Shown: positions 26,462 to 36,580, counted from the stretch's first letter. The stretch: DNA of 64,000 nucleotides from Candidatus Moraniibacteriota bacterium (GCA_028688415.1 JAQTYF010000001.1:144627-208626); one strand, 5' to 3'. Notes: generated by a model from the letters alone, not told the origin. Numbers and translations are program-made.

Positions 26462-27871
26462 ATGGAAGCCAAGAAACGTGTTCTCATCGCTGAAGCATCA
26501 AAATATATTGGAAAAGAGGTGAAACTGTCTGGTTGGATAGATGTACGCCGTGATCATGGTAAACTCATCTTTCTCGATTTGCGCGATATGAGCGGTAAAG
26601 TGCAGATGGTAGTCCTCCCGAATCATCCAGAGGCCATAGCAGTCGCACAGACCCTCCGTTCTGAGTGGGTGGTGGAAATAGTAGGGAGTGTGAATCCTCG
26701 CCCAGAGAAACTTGTGAATAGCGAGCAGGAGAATGGTGCTATCGAAATAGAAGTGCTCTCGGTGACTGTTCTCAATACTGCCGAGACACCAGCATTCGAT
26801 GTGTCTTCTGATGGCAAAGAAATCAGTGAAGAACTCCGTCTCAAATATCGCTATCTCGATTTGCGTCGTGATCGGATGCAGAAGAATATGCGGAACCGTC
26901 ATCTCGTGACGAATTTCGTCCGCAATTTCTATACCCAAGAAGGATTCGTAGAAATCGAAACGCCCAATATGACCAAGTCGACTCCGGAAGGATCACGTGA
27001 CTATATCGTTCCTTCTCGTATTGATAAAGGAAAATTCTATGCCTTGCCACAATCCCCACAACAGTACAAGCAACTGCTGATGGCCGCTGGTTTCGAGAGA
27101 TATTTCCAAGTGGCTCGCTGTTTCCGTGATGAAGATACCCGCGGTGATCGTCAGCCAGAGTTCACGCAGATTGATATGGAAATGAGTTTCGTCACGCAGG
27201 AGGATGTGATGCAGATCAACGAAAAACTCATCACAGAATTGGTACAAAAAATCTATCCCGAGAAAAAAATCCAGGAACTTCCTTTTCCACGTTTGACATA
27301 CCAAGAAGCAATGGAGAAATATGGCTCAGACAAACCAGATATCCGTACCGATAAGAATGATCCAAATCTTCTTGCTTTTTGTTGGGTGATAGACTTTCCT
27401 TTTTTTGAGAAAGATGATAAAGGTGGCTGGACATTTACACACAATCCATTCTCCGCTCCGAAACCTGAGTTTATGAATGACTTGATGGAGAAGAAAAACA
27501 TCGAAAGTATCGGAGCAGCACAATATGATATGGTACTCAATGGCTACGAAATCGGTGGTGGAGGAATACGAAATCATAACCCGGAAGCTCTCAAAAAAGT
27601 GTTTGAAGTGATGGGATATTCCGCCGAAAGAATTGAGAAAAATTTTCATCATATGCTCGAGGCTCTCGCTTCGGGGACACCACCGCACGGAGGACTGGCA
27701 TTCGGATTTGATCGATTGATGATGCTCCTTCAGAATGAACCGAACATTCGTGAAGTTATTCCTTTTGCAAAAACTGGTGAAGGACGTGATCCAATGATGG
27801 AATCACCATCCGAAGTCTCTCTTGACCAGCTCATCGAACTCGGCCTCCGTATCACGAAAGAAGAGAAGTAG
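26462..27871 (+). CDS. aspS: aspartyl-tRNA synthetase, bacterial type lacking the GAD insertion domain
   Basis: Class II motifs: FVEIETP, QSPQQYKQLLM, FRDEDTRGDRQPEFTQIDMEMSF, GGGGIRNHN; 469 aa. Confidence 0.9.
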   Translation: MEAKKRVLIAEASKYIGKEVKLSGWIDVRRDHGKLIFLDLRDMSGKVQMVVLPNHPEAIAVAQTLRSEWVVEIVGSVNPRPEKLVNSEQENGAIEIEVLSVTVLNTAETPAFDVSSDGKEISEELRLKYRYLDLRRDRMQKNMRNRHLVTNFVRNFYTQEGFVEIETPNMTKSTPEGSRDYIVPSRIDKGKFYALPQSPQQYKQLLMAAGFERYFQVARCFRDEDTRGDRQPEFTQIDMEMSFVTQEDVMQINEKLITELVQKIYPEKKIQELPFPRLTYQEAMEKYGSDKPDIRTDKNDPNLLAFCWVIDFPFFEKDDKGGWTFTHNPFSAPKPEFMNDLMEKKNIESIGAAQYDMVLNGYEIGGGGIRNHNPEALKKVFEVMGYSAERIEKNFHHMLEALASGTPPHGGLAFGFDRLMMLLQNEPNIREVIPFAKTGEGRDPMMESPSEVSLDQLIELGLRITKEEK

Positions 27872-27895
27872 TTTCGGCTCTTAAAGAGAATCTTT

Positions 27896-28633
27896 ATGAA
27901 GACTATCGTCGCTATTGGAGGAGGGGAAATAGGAGAATTGGAAACTCTCTCTATTGATCGTGCGATTGTGAAACTTACAAAAAAGGATCATCCGAATGTG
28001 CTTTTCATCCCAACGGCGAGTAGCGATTCTACTGGATATGCAGAAACTTTTCAGAAAGTGTACGGGAAGAAACTCGGTTGCGATATCGATGTCCTCTATC
28101 TTTTGAAAGAAAAACTTTCTAAAAAAGAAATTGAGAAGAAAATTCTCTCAGCTGATATTATTTATGTCGGCGGTGGAAACACGCTCCGGATGATGAAAGC
28201 TTGGCGAAAAAATGGTGTGGATGGATTGCTCAGAAAAGCTCATAAAAAAGGGATAATTTTGGCAGGTCTCAGTGCAGGATCCATTTGTTGGTTCCGTTAT
28301 GGATCGAGCGATGCTCGGAGATTTGCAAATCCGAAAGATACTTCTTTTATGCGGGTACGTGGTCTTGGTATCATTCCACTGACTGTCAGCCCACACCATA
28401 TTCGCGAGAAAAAACTCCGAGATGCTGGATTGGTAAAATTGATAAAGAGAACTCCTGGTATCGGACTTGCTCTTGATGATTATACAGCGATTCTTATTCA
28501 AGATGATCGATACGAGATATTGAAATCAAAAAAAGATGTTGGAATCGTCAAAGTGTTCCGGAATAAGGGAAAGATAGAACAGATTCCTCTCAAATCATCA
28601 GGAACACTCGTGGAATTATTGGAGAAGAAATAA
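27896..28633 (+). CDS. peptidase E / S51 family (cyanophycinase-like dipeptidase)
   Basis: VGGGNT...ILAGLSAGSICW (Ser nucleophile context) and overall ~240-aa organisation. Confidence 0.65.
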   Translation: MKTIVAIGGGEIGELETLSIDRAIVKLTKKDHPNVLFIPTASSDSTGYAETFQKVYGKKLGCDIDVLYLLKEKLSKKEIEKKILSADIIYVGGGNTLRMMKAWRKNGVDGLLRKAHKKGIILAGLSAGSICWFRYGSSDARRFANPKDTSFMRVRGLGIIPLTVSPHHIREKKLRDAGLVKLIKRTPGIGLALDDYTAILIQDDRYEILKSKKDVGIVKVFRNKGKIEQIPLKSSGTLVELLEKK

Positions 28634-28637
28634 ATAT

Positions 28638-29213
28638 ATGAATATCGAATATGAAGCGACGTTTCCTGATATTGAGAAGGAAGAGATGCGTCTTATATTA
28701 GAAAAATCAGGGGCGACGCTGATACGACCAGAGTTTCTTCAGAAGCGAGTCGTATTTGCTCTCCCGACAGGACATGAAATCACAGGTGGGTGGGCGCGTG
28801 TACGTAATGAGGGAAACAAAATAACGATGAGTCTCAAAATAGTCGATGGAGACAAGATCGAGAATCAACGAGAGATCTGTCTGACTGTCGATAGTTTCGA
28901 GCAAGCAGAACTGTTTCTCACCACTATCGGATGCAGGAAGAAGTCATACCAAGAAACCAAGAGAGAATTGTGGATGATGGGTGACACCGAAATCACTATC
29001 GATGAATGGCCTTTTCTCCGACCGTTTCTGGAAATTGAAGGGAAGTCTGAGGAGGTTGTGAAACAAGTGACAGAGAAACTTGGTTTGGATTATAGAGAGG
29101 CGCTTTTTGGCGCAGTCGATATCATCTACATACATCAGTATCCCCATCTCACTTTTGATCGTATCAACAAGACGCCTCGTATCGTATTTGAAGGTGAGAA
29201 TCCTTTTTTATGA
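28638..29213 (+). CDS. CYTH-domain protein (triphosphate tunnel metalloenzyme / class IV adenylate-cyclase-like)
   Basis: N-terminal IEYEATF (ExExK-type start), REICLTVD, LEIEG acidic beta-strand pattern. Confidence 0.5.
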   Translation: MNIEYEATFPDIEKEEMRLILEKSGATLIRPEFLQKRVVFALPTGHEITGGWARVRNEGNKITMSLKIVDGDKIENQREICLTVDSFEQAELFLTTIGCRKKSYQETKRELWMMGDTEITIDEWPFLRPFLEIEGKSEEVVKQVTEKLGLDYREALFGAVDIIYIHQYPHLTFDRINKTPRIVFEGENPFL

Positions 29214-29557
29214 AAAACTATGCGACGAAATTCATCGGGAGTATAGTTGATATACAAATCGACAGACCTCTGGGTTCGAAACATCCAAAACACGGATTTG
29301 TGTACGAAGTGAATTACGGATTTGTTCCTGATACTCTGGCACCAGATGGAGAAGAAATCGACGCGTATTTCCTCGGAATAAACGAACCCGTAGAGAAACA
29401 GAAGGGGAAATGTATCGCTGTTATCCATCGGACCAATGATGACGATGATAAACTCGTCATGATCCCTCAGTCGATGAATGATATGAGTGATGAAGATATC
29501 GAAAAGCTCACCCATTTCCAAGAGCAGTTTTTCACATCAGAAATAGTGAGGAAATAA
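29210..29557 (+). CDS. inorganic-pyrophosphatase-like mini protein (N-terminally truncated family I PPase fold)
   Basis: EVNYGFVPDTLAPDGEEIDAYFLG aligns to PPase NYGFIPQTLxxDGDPLDVLV; TNDDDDKLV aligns to TDEAGEDAKL. Lacks the first ~50 aa that carry several catalytic residues. Confidence 0.45.
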   Translation: MKNYATKFIGSIVDIQIDRPLGSKHPKHGFVYEVNYGFVPDTLAPDGEEIDAYFLGINEPVEKQKGKCIAVIHRTNDDDDKLVMIPQSMNDMSDEDIEKLTHFQEQFFTSEIVRK

Positions 29558-29563
29558 ATCTCA

Positions 29564-30499
29564 GTGAATCTATCGATAATTATGAATAATTCAGATTTTC
29601 AGACAAGACTGTGTGGTCGTATTGAAGAGAAACTTAAAATACGAATTGTCGATATGCACATTCCTCCACAAGGAATGTCGAGCAAAGTATTTTTTGTGAA
29701 ATCTGATACAGAGAAGAAATACGCTATTAAATACGGCAATGACGTAACGAAAGATGTTTCTGCTTTGAAATTGATTATGAAGGAGGGTATTGATATCCCT
29801 GTTCCACGATTGTATGCGTCATTCCTTTTTGAAGAAACTCCCATAATTATTCTAGAAAAAATAAACTTTCCTTTGCTAGAATCGGTCTCAAAAGATCAAA
29901 TGCCAAAGTACATTCCATCGATGATTGGAAACTTGAGGAAATTGCATTCAATAAAATTTGATAGATCAGGGTCGCTCATTGATTCAAAAAGTGAAAAATC
30001 GTGGAAGGAGATGTTGTCCGCGATATTTGATGGTGATGAATTTGATTGGAATGAAATTGCCAAGCGAGAAGGGCTCGATACGGAGTTGGTCCTGTCATCA
30101 GTGGAAAAAATAAGAGAAAAAATAAACAACACGGTTTTTGAAGAAGGAAATTATTCTCTTCTTCATACGGATTTTAATCAGAGAAATTTATTTGTTGATC
30201 CGAAAAGTGATGAAATAACAGGAATTATTGATTGGGAGGAGGCTTTATTTGGTGACCCTCTCTATGATTTTGCTCGAGTACGTATGTTTATGTGGCATTT
30301 TGGCTTTGATAACTCGTCTATTCAAGCCTACTATGATTTGATGAACTATACAGATGAACAGAAAGCGCTCGAAAATCTATATCGGCTTGTCCTGGTTATT
30401 CAGTATCTCGCATGGTATTCTGAAGATCTAAGTGAGTTTGCTCGAGGAAGAATCAAATTGCATCAGGATTATTTGCGGACGTATAATTGGGAAAAATAG
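29564..30499 (+). CDS. aminoglycoside-phosphotransferase-like kinase (APH/ChoK fold)
   Basis: LLHTDFNQRNLFVD (HxDxxxxN) and GIIDWEEALFGDPLYD (DWE). Confidence 0.6.
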   Translation: MNLSIIMNNSDFQTRLCGRIEEKLKIRIVDMHIPPQGMSSKVFFVKSDTEKKYAIKYGNDVTKDVSALKLIMKEGIDIPVPRLYASFLFEETPIIILEKINFPLLESVSKDQMPKYIPSMIGNLRKLHSIKFDRSGSLIDSKSEKSWKEMLSAIFDGDEFDWNEIAKREGLDTELVLSSVEKIREKINNTVFEEGNYSLLHTDFNQRNLFVDPKSDEITGIIDWEEALFGDPLYDFARVRMFMWHFGFDNSSIQAYYDLMNYTDEQKALENLYRLVLVIQYLAWYSEDLSEFARGRIKLHQDYLRTYNWEK

Positions 30500-30990
30500 A
30501 AATGGAAAATATGATTATTTTTGTAAATGGATCAATAAATTCTGGGAAAAGTACGGTGGCAAAGTTACTTGCTTTGAAATTGCCTAGAACAGCTTTGCTC
30601 GAGATTGATGCATTATGTGAATGTATCGCATGGATGCCTCTTGCAGAGGCGATTCCTATCAATTTAGAAAATGCCATTTCTGTGATTAAAAATTTTGTAA
30701 AAAGGGATATAAATGTTGTTGTTCCTTATCCTCTTTCACAAAAGAATTATGATTTTCTTATTCAGGAATTGAAATTATTGAATCAAGATATTTTTGTTTT
30801 TACTCTGAATCCGCCACTAGAAATAGCTTTAACGAACAGAGGAGAACGAGAACTGACCGTAGAAGAGCAAGAAAGAATCAAATATCATTATGAAATCGGA
30901 ATCAATAAGCCAAACTTTGGTACAATTATTGATAACTCCAAACAAACACCAGAAGAAACAGTTGGAATAATTATGAAATCTATTGTATGA
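30487..30990 (+). CDS. small P-loop kinase (chloramphenicol-phosphotransferase-like / AAA_33-type)
   Basis: Walker A VNGSINSGKSTVAKLL; ~165 aa. Confidence 0.5.
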   Translation: MGKIEMENMIIFVNGSINSGKSTVAKLLALKLPRTALLEIDALCECIAWMPLAEAIPINLENAISVIKNFVKRDINVVVPYPLSQKNYDFLIQELKLLNQDIFVFTLNPPLEIALTNRGERELTVEEQERIKYHYEIGINKPNFGTIIDNSKQTPEETVGIIMKSIV

Positions 30991-31694
30991 AAAAGTATCC
31001 AGAAGTGACACTTGTGATTGATGTAGAAAAAGATATTGAGAACGCTACTTATTTTCTGAAGTATGAAAAGAATCAATTCTTTCGAGACTGCTTTTTTCGT
31101 GGCGATTTGAATTTTATTTTGAGTGAAAAGTTTTCGAAGAAGGAACAGGGAAAAGTTATCGAAGCATACGTACGAAATTTCTTCAAAGAACATAAGAAAG
31201 AAATCGAAAAAGGACTACTTCTCGTAAAGCGAGACTGGAAAAAGAAAGAAAAGAAATATCTCGCGCTTATCGAGAAGATGTTCCGTGGACGTAAATGGCT
31301 AGAAGGGGAATATAGAGGTATTGTAAGTATTTTCAGGATGTATCCCAGGTGGATAGAACAAAAAACATTTTTCTTTCCTTATGCCCACCAGAAACCAGGA
31401 TTTGCAAACGGTGTCATCGCGCACGAGATGCTTCATTTTTTCTTCTTTGATTATATCTTTGAGAAGTATGGCCTCAAAGAGGGTTCAAAAATAAAAGGAA
31501 AAGAATCAGACTATATCTGGAAAGTTTCAGAAGTATTCAATGTTGTGATGGAAAATTGGAAGCCGTATACGGATATCATCGGACGTGCAGGGAAGCCGTA
31601 TCCTGGACAAGAGAAAATGTATAAAAAAATGCAGAAGCAATGGTTTAAAAATCAGGATATTGATTGGTTACTCGATCAGTGGCTTCAGAAATAG
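30987..31694 (+). CDS. hypothetical protein with HExxH motif (possible zinc metallohydrolase)
   Basis: VIAHEMLHFFF contains HEMLH. Confidence 0.4.
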   Translation: MKKYPEVTLVIDVEKDIENATYFLKYEKNQFFRDCFFRGDLNFILSEKFSKKEQGKVIEAYVRNFFKEHKKEIEKGLLLVKRDWKKKEKKYLALIEKMFRGRKWLEGEYRGIVSIFRMYPRWIEQKTFFFPYAHQKPGFANGVIAHEMLHFFFFDYIFEKYGLKEGSKIKGKESDYIWKVSEVFNVVMENWKPYTDIIGRAGKPYPGQEKMYKKMQKQWFKNQDIDWLLDQWLQK

Positions 31695-31756
31695 AAAAAA
31701 ATCCCTCGGTACAGTTTTGTACACGAGGGATGTTTCTTGATGGAGGTGAAACGAGA

Positions 31757-32359
31757 TCAATGGCTCAGATGTATCTGAACGGGAATGAATTGATCAGCCC
31801 CTTTACGCTTGATCGTTGTTGCGGTGAGCCTCTCGAAATATTCTTTTCCAAATATCTTGTCGAGCCGTTCTTCCAGGTAGACCTTGCGAATGGTCGCAAA
31901 TACCTTTCGGAACCCACCCGTTTTGGCGTAGGTGTATACGGCCAAGTGAAGGGCGAAGAACACGAGCTTACTCCCAGATGTATTGATCATCCGAGAAATT
32001 TCGATGGCATCCCGAGGGATGGCTATCTGCTCAAATTGACTCAATCCTTCTTCCATAGGGAGGGGATTGCCGAGCAAGAGTTTTTTGTGGATGATACGAC
32101 ATCCAGCCACCGCTCGATCACCCTTCATCACAACAATGAAGATTGATGCGAGGTCGTAGCGATCCCGCTCCTCACCCCGTGGTTCTTCCCAATGATGCTT
32201 CTTGGCGAAGACATCATCACGAAGCTCATAAAAGAGCTTTGCTAGTTTCCGATCCCTTGGTGCGACCGGATTGACACGGATGATCCTCATTCCCAAAAGG
32301 ACGAGAATCATAGCCAGTATCTTGCTGATAGTCACAAATGACCCAATGAAGAATTTCAC
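31757..32359 (-). CDS. LuxI-family acyltransferase (autoinducer-synthase / N-acyl amino acid synthase-like GNAT)
   Basis: LRDDVFAKKHHWEEPRGEERDRYD fits LuxI block RxxVFxxxxGWxx(n)ExDxYD; AGCRII and EISR also conserved. Likely start at MRIIRV (32290). ~50% GC. Confidence 0.5.
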   Translation of the reverse strand: MKFFIGSFVTISKILAMILVLLGMRIIRVNPVAPRDRKLAKLFYELRDDVFAKKHHWEEPRGEERDRYDLASIFIVVMKGDRAVAGCRIIHKKLLLGNPLPMEEGLSQFEQIAIPRDAIEISRMINTSGSKLVFFALHLAVYTYAKTGGFRKVFATIRKVYLEERLDKIFGKEYFERLTATTIKRKGADQFIPVQIHLSH

Positions 32360-32562
32360 GATTTCACCTCCAGGTTGTTAAAGTACTAAACCATACATTA
32401 TACACCAAAAACGCATAAAAGTCAAGTCTTTTTTCATGCGGAAAGAAGGGAAAATATGACACATAAACGTTCTTTTTCTGTAGGGGGTTGCTTAAATATC
32501 GTGTTTGAGATAAGATAATTCAAGTACCGAAGAGGCATATAATAGATTAGAAGATTAGCGTT

Positions 32563-33003
32563 ATGAAAGTGATACTTTTGCAGGATGTAGAAAAATTGGG
32601 AAAAGCAGGGGAAATCAAAGAAGTGCGTAGTGGATACGGATTCAATTTCTTGTTGCCTGAGGGACTGGCAGAGTTTGCTACCCCAACAGCTATCAAAGAA
32701 ACGGAAAAAATGGTCGCAAGACAGAAGAAAGAGACTGAATCAATGCTCGCAGTGTCCAAAGAAACTGCGGGAGCATTGGCAGGCAAGAAAATAACTATCA
32801 AGACCAAGGCAGAAAATGGAAAACTGTTTGGTTCTATTGGTCGTGAAGAAATCGCTTTGGCACTGGAAGCAGCTGGTACAAAGATCGATGCCAAGCACAT
32901 CGTTCTCGAAAAAGGTTTCAAGGAAGTTGGTGTATTTACTGTCGAAGCTCATTTCGGACATGGAGTGAAAGCTTCTTTTGAAGTGACGATCAAGTCAGAA
33001 TAG
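32563..33003 (+). CDS. rplI: 50S ribosomal protein L9
   Basis: MKVILLQDVEKLGKAGEIKEVRSGYGFNFLLPEG, the classic L9 N-terminus. Confidence 0.9.
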   Translation: MKVILLQDVEKLGKAGEIKEVRSGYGFNFLLPEGLAEFATPTAIKETEKMVARQKKETESMLAVSKETAGALAGKKITIKTKAENGKLFGSIGREEIALALEAAGTKIDAKHIVLEKGFKEVGVFTVEAHFGHGVKASFEVTIKSE

Positions 33004-33096
33004 AACATCCCCGTGTTACTTCACAAGAGCCGCTCCCAGTTCATCACCGGTAGCGGCTCTTTCTCTATAAAATAATTTTTTCCTTTCTCTTTTATT

Positions 33097-34749
33097 ATGG
33101 CAAAACAAACAAAGAAGACGAAGTATATTTTTGTGGTAGGTGGAGTGATGAGTGGTGTCGGAAAAGGTATTACCACTTCTTCTATCGGAAAAATCTTGCA
33201 GTCGCGTGGTCTCTCTGTAACAGCATTCAAGATCGATCCGTATATCAATGTCGATGCTGGAACGATGAATCCAACAGAGCACGGTGAAGTGTTCGTCCTC
33301 AAAGATGGCTATGAAACGGATCAGGATATGGGGAATTATGAGCGTTTCCTCAATATTGAGCTGAACCGAGACCACTATATGACGACAGGAATGGTCTACA
33401 AGTCAGTGATCGAACGTGAACGCAATCTCGAATACGCTGGCAAATGTGTCCAGGTCGTGCCTCATATCCCTCTCGAAGTCATATCTCGTATCAAGAAAAC
33501 CGCCAAGAAAGACAATGCTGATGTGGCTATCATCGAAATCGGAGGGACAGTTGGAGAATACGAAAACATTCTATTTTTAGAGGCAATTCGGATGATGAAA
33601 ATCGCCAGTCCGAAAGATGTTGCAACAGTGATGGTGAGTTTCATACCGACTCCATCGACGATTGGTGAAATGAAGACCAAGCCGACACAGCACGCCGTTC
33701 GGACGCTCAACGGTGCTGGTGTACAGGCAGATATCATCGTGGCTCGTGCCAGTCGACCGCTCGATGAGAAGCGCAAAGAAAAAATCGCTGTTTTCTGCAG
33801 TGTCCGGAAGGAGGATGTCATCAGTGCTCCAGATATAGAGAGTATTTATGACGTGCCACTCAATTTTGAAAAAGACCATCTCGGTATTATTCTTCTCGCA
33901 AAACTCGGACTGAAAACGAAGAAGCGAACACAAGATTTGAAAGAATGGGAGAAGGTGGTAGAGCGTATCCATCATGCGACTGACGCAGTCCATATTGGTG
34001 TCGTAGGGAAATATTTCAAGACAGGGGACTATGTACTGAGTGATGCCTATATCAGCGTCATCGAATCACTGAAACATGCTGCCTGCCAGATCGGCAAGAA
34101 AGCAGTACTTACGTGGATCGACAGTACCGATTTCGAAGAAAATGCTGGGGCTTTGTCAGGACTGAAACAGTATGATGGCATTATCATCCCGGGAGGTTTT
34201 GGTACACGTGGTGTCGAAGGAAAAATCGCGGTAGTAGAATATTGTCGCGAAAACAAAATCCCATATTTTGGGTTGTGTTATGGTATGCAACTCCTCGTGG
34301 TGGAATATGCTCGTCATATCCTCGATCTTGCAGATGCACACACGACCGAAGTCGCACCACAGACCAAGAATCCTGTTGTCGACATCATGCCCGAGCAGAA
34401 AGAGAATATGCGAAAGAAAAACTATGGTGCGACGATGCGTCTCGGACAGTATCTGGCGCATATCGTTCCGAAAACTATTGCGAGAGAGTCCTACGGTACC
34501 GATATGATACTTGAGCGTCATCGTCATCGCTATGAGGTCAATCCTGCTTATGTGGCGTCACTTCAAGAAGCAGGGCTCATCTTCTCTGCGACGTCTCCAG
34601 ACGGTGTGCTGATGGAAATAGCAGAACTTCCCAAGAAGCAACATCCATTTTTCCTCGCCACGCAGTTTCATCCAGAGTTCCAGTCTTCTCTCCTCCATCC
34701 TCATCCTTTGTTTGTTGCTTTTCTCAAAGCATGTATCAAGAAGAAATAA
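33097..34749 (+). CDS. pyrG: CTP synthase
   Basis: KYIFVVGGVMSGVGKGITTSSIG...DPYINVDAGTMNP...GNYERFL; glutaminase domain GLCYGMQ; 550 aa. Confidence 0.95.
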   Translation: MAKQTKKTKYIFVVGGVMSGVGKGITTSSIGKILQSRGLSVTAFKIDPYINVDAGTMNPTEHGEVFVLKDGYETDQDMGNYERFLNIELNRDHYMTTGMVYKSVIERERNLEYAGKCVQVVPHIPLEVISRIKKTAKKDNADVAIIEIGGTVGEYENILFLEAIRMMKIASPKDVATVMVSFIPTPSTIGEMKTKPTQHAVRTLNGAGVQADIIVARASRPLDEKRKEKIAVFCSVRKEDVISAPDIESIYDVPLNFEKDHLGIILLAKLGLKTKKRTQDLKEWEKVVERIHHATDAVHIGVVGKYFKTGDYVLSDAYISVIESLKHAACQIGKKAVLTWIDSTDFEENAGALSGLKQYDGIIIPGGFGTRGVEGKIAVVEYCRENKIPYFGLCYGMQLLVVEYARHILDLADAHTTEVAPQTKNPVVDIMPEQKENMRKKNYGATMRLGQYLAHIVPKTIARESYGTDMILERHRHRYEVNPAYVASLQEAGLIFSATSPDGVLMEIAELPKKQHPFFLATQFHPEFQSSLLHPHPLFVAFLKACIKKK

Positions 34750-34768
34750 AAAAATATACAATCCATAT

Positions 34769-36487
34769 ATGTCAAAAAACATACGGAATTTTATCGGAGT
34801 ATTGTTCCTGAGTTTTTTCATCTTCTCGCCGTCAGTACAGGCACGAGAGAATGTGACGGATTGGTATGTGAAAGATTTTCGGGAAGAATTTGTCCTTTCG
34901 ACTGATTCTACAATGACGGTGACAGAATGGATTACGGCAGATTGTGGTCAGGCAATCGGAAAACATGGTATTTTTCGTGTGGTTCCGACGAAAACAACAC
35001 TCGTTTCAGGAGAGATCATCGATCATCCTGTGACACTTATCGGTATCACGGATTTCCAGGGACATCCTTACAAATTTGAGACCACAAACGATCGAAGCAA
35101 CGGAACGGTTACCTGGAAGATTGGTGACAAAGAAAGAACGGTTACTGGAGAGAATACATACAAAATTGTTTATACAGTAGAAAATATCATTCGATTTTCG
35201 AATCAGGCATTCGACGAATTCTACTGGAATGTTGTCGGAAATTTCTGGGTCATGGATATCGATGCTTTCGAGGCAACGATCATTTTTCCTGAAACAATCA
35301 AACAAGATGTTATTAATCTCTCATATTATACCGGAATGCGTGGATCCAAAGATTCTCGTCTCGTACGGTCTTCTTGGAAAAATGACCACTCACTTTCTCT
35401 GATAGCGAACCAATCATTTGCCCCGGGCAACGGTGTCACTCTCTCTGCGAGCGTACCAAAGAATCTTTTTGTTCCGTACCAGTTTGGTTTCTGGAAATTG
35501 TACGGTGAATATTTCTGGCTTTTCCTCCCTCTTTCTGTTTTTCTTTTCTGTTACCGTCTTTGGAGAAAGTATGGCGATGATCCGACGTGGAATAAGGTTG
35601 TCATACCGGAATATGAAATGCCAGAAAATTTGGGCGTGTTTGAGATGGGGATGCTTATGGATAATGGCATTTTCGATAATAAGTTCGTAACAGCAAGTAT
35701 CATCGAACTTGCAGTGAAGGGGGCTCTCAAAATACAAGAACAAGAGAATAAGATTCTTTTCTTTACAATAAAAGAGTTCGTGTTGGAGAAACAACCAACA
35801 GCAGGAATCACTCTTCATTCGTATCAAAAAATTCTTTTTGATACACTCTTCAAATCTGGTGATCAAGTGAAGCTTTCATCGCTCAAAAATACATTTTATC
35901 AAGCACTGGATATTCTGCAAAAAACAGTGATTCATTCACTGACAACAAAAGGACTTATCGAGAAGAAAGGACTTTCATATCGGACATGGTTCGTGATGGG
36001 AGGAGCATTTCTTTTTGTAATTTTTTATGGAGCGTTTTCTGGTCTAGCTCTTTTTTCTGGAATTGCAAGTGGTGTTCTTTTGATTTTTTTTGCAAGAATT
36101 ATGCCGAAGCGAACAGAAAAAGGAGTGGAAGTAAACTGGAGGATCCAAGGTCTGAAATTGTACATGAACACAGCAGAGAAACATCGACAACAATTTTACG
36201 AAAAAGAAAATATCTTTGAAACACTGCTTCCATGTGCCATCGCTTTCGGTATGACCAAAGAGTGGGTCAAAAAAATGCAAGATATCTATGGTGAAACATA
36301 TTTCTCAGAGTATCATCCGGCATGGTTTGTTTCGAGTACTATCGGAAATTTTGATGTAGAGAGTTTTCATTCCTCTCTCGCAACACTCTCATCGAGTATC
36401 GCTTCGAATACAGGCGGTTCTTCGGGATCAGGGGGATCGGGTTCTTCAGGCGGAGGAAGTGGTGGTGGAGGCGGTGGAGGATGGTAA
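34769..36487 (+). CDS. DUF2207-like membrane protein with signal peptide and C-terminal Gly/Ser-rich tail
   Basis: Signal-like MSKNIRNFIGVLFLSFFIFSPSVQA; TM segments mid-protein; tail GGSSGSGGSGSSGGGSGGGGGGGW. Confidence 0.55.
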   Translation: MSKNIRNFIGVLFLSFFIFSPSVQARENVTDWYVKDFREEFVLSTDSTMTVTEWITADCGQAIGKHGIFRVVPTKTTLVSGEIIDHPVTLIGITDFQGHPYKFETTNDRSNGTVTWKIGDKERTVTGENTYKIVYTVENIIRFSNQAFDEFYWNVVGNFWVMDIDAFEATIIFPETIKQDVINLSYYTGMRGSKDSRLVRSSWKNDHSLSLIANQSFAPGNGVTLSASVPKNLFVPYQFGFWKLYGEYFWLFLPLSVFLFCYRLWRKYGDDPTWNKVVIPEYEMPENLGVFEMGMLMDNGIFDNKFVTASIIELAVKGALKIQEQENKILFFTIKEFVLEKQPTAGITLHSYQKILFDTLFKSGDQVKLSSLKNTFYQALDILQKTVIHSLTTKGLIEKKGLSYRTWFVMGGAFLFVIFYGAFSGLALFSGIASGVLLIFFARIMPKRTEKGVEVNWRIQGLKLYMNTAEKHRQQFYEKENIFETLLPCAIAFGMTKEWVKKMQDIYGETYFSEYHPAWFVSSTIGNFDVESFHSSLATLSSSIASNTGGSSGSGGSGSSGGGSGGGGGGGW

Positions 36488-36529
36488 GAATCTGAACCCC
36501 CTTTCTCTTTTTTCTTTTGAACAATATCA

Positions 36530-36560
36530 AAAAACTCTCCTTTCGGAGAGTTTTTATTCT
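36530..36560. terminator. bidirectional terminator between convergent genes
   Basis: actctcc-tttc-ggagagt hairpin flanked by A-run and T-run. Confidence 0.6.
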
Positions 36561-36580
36561 TTTTCAGATCGAAATGATAT

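Noticed and set aside
31664-32146. 160-aa plus-strand ORF overlapping the LuxI-like gene
   Set aside because: It lies antisense to a GC-rich gene that has clear family motifs on the other strand. Long antisense ORFs are expected at about 50% GC.
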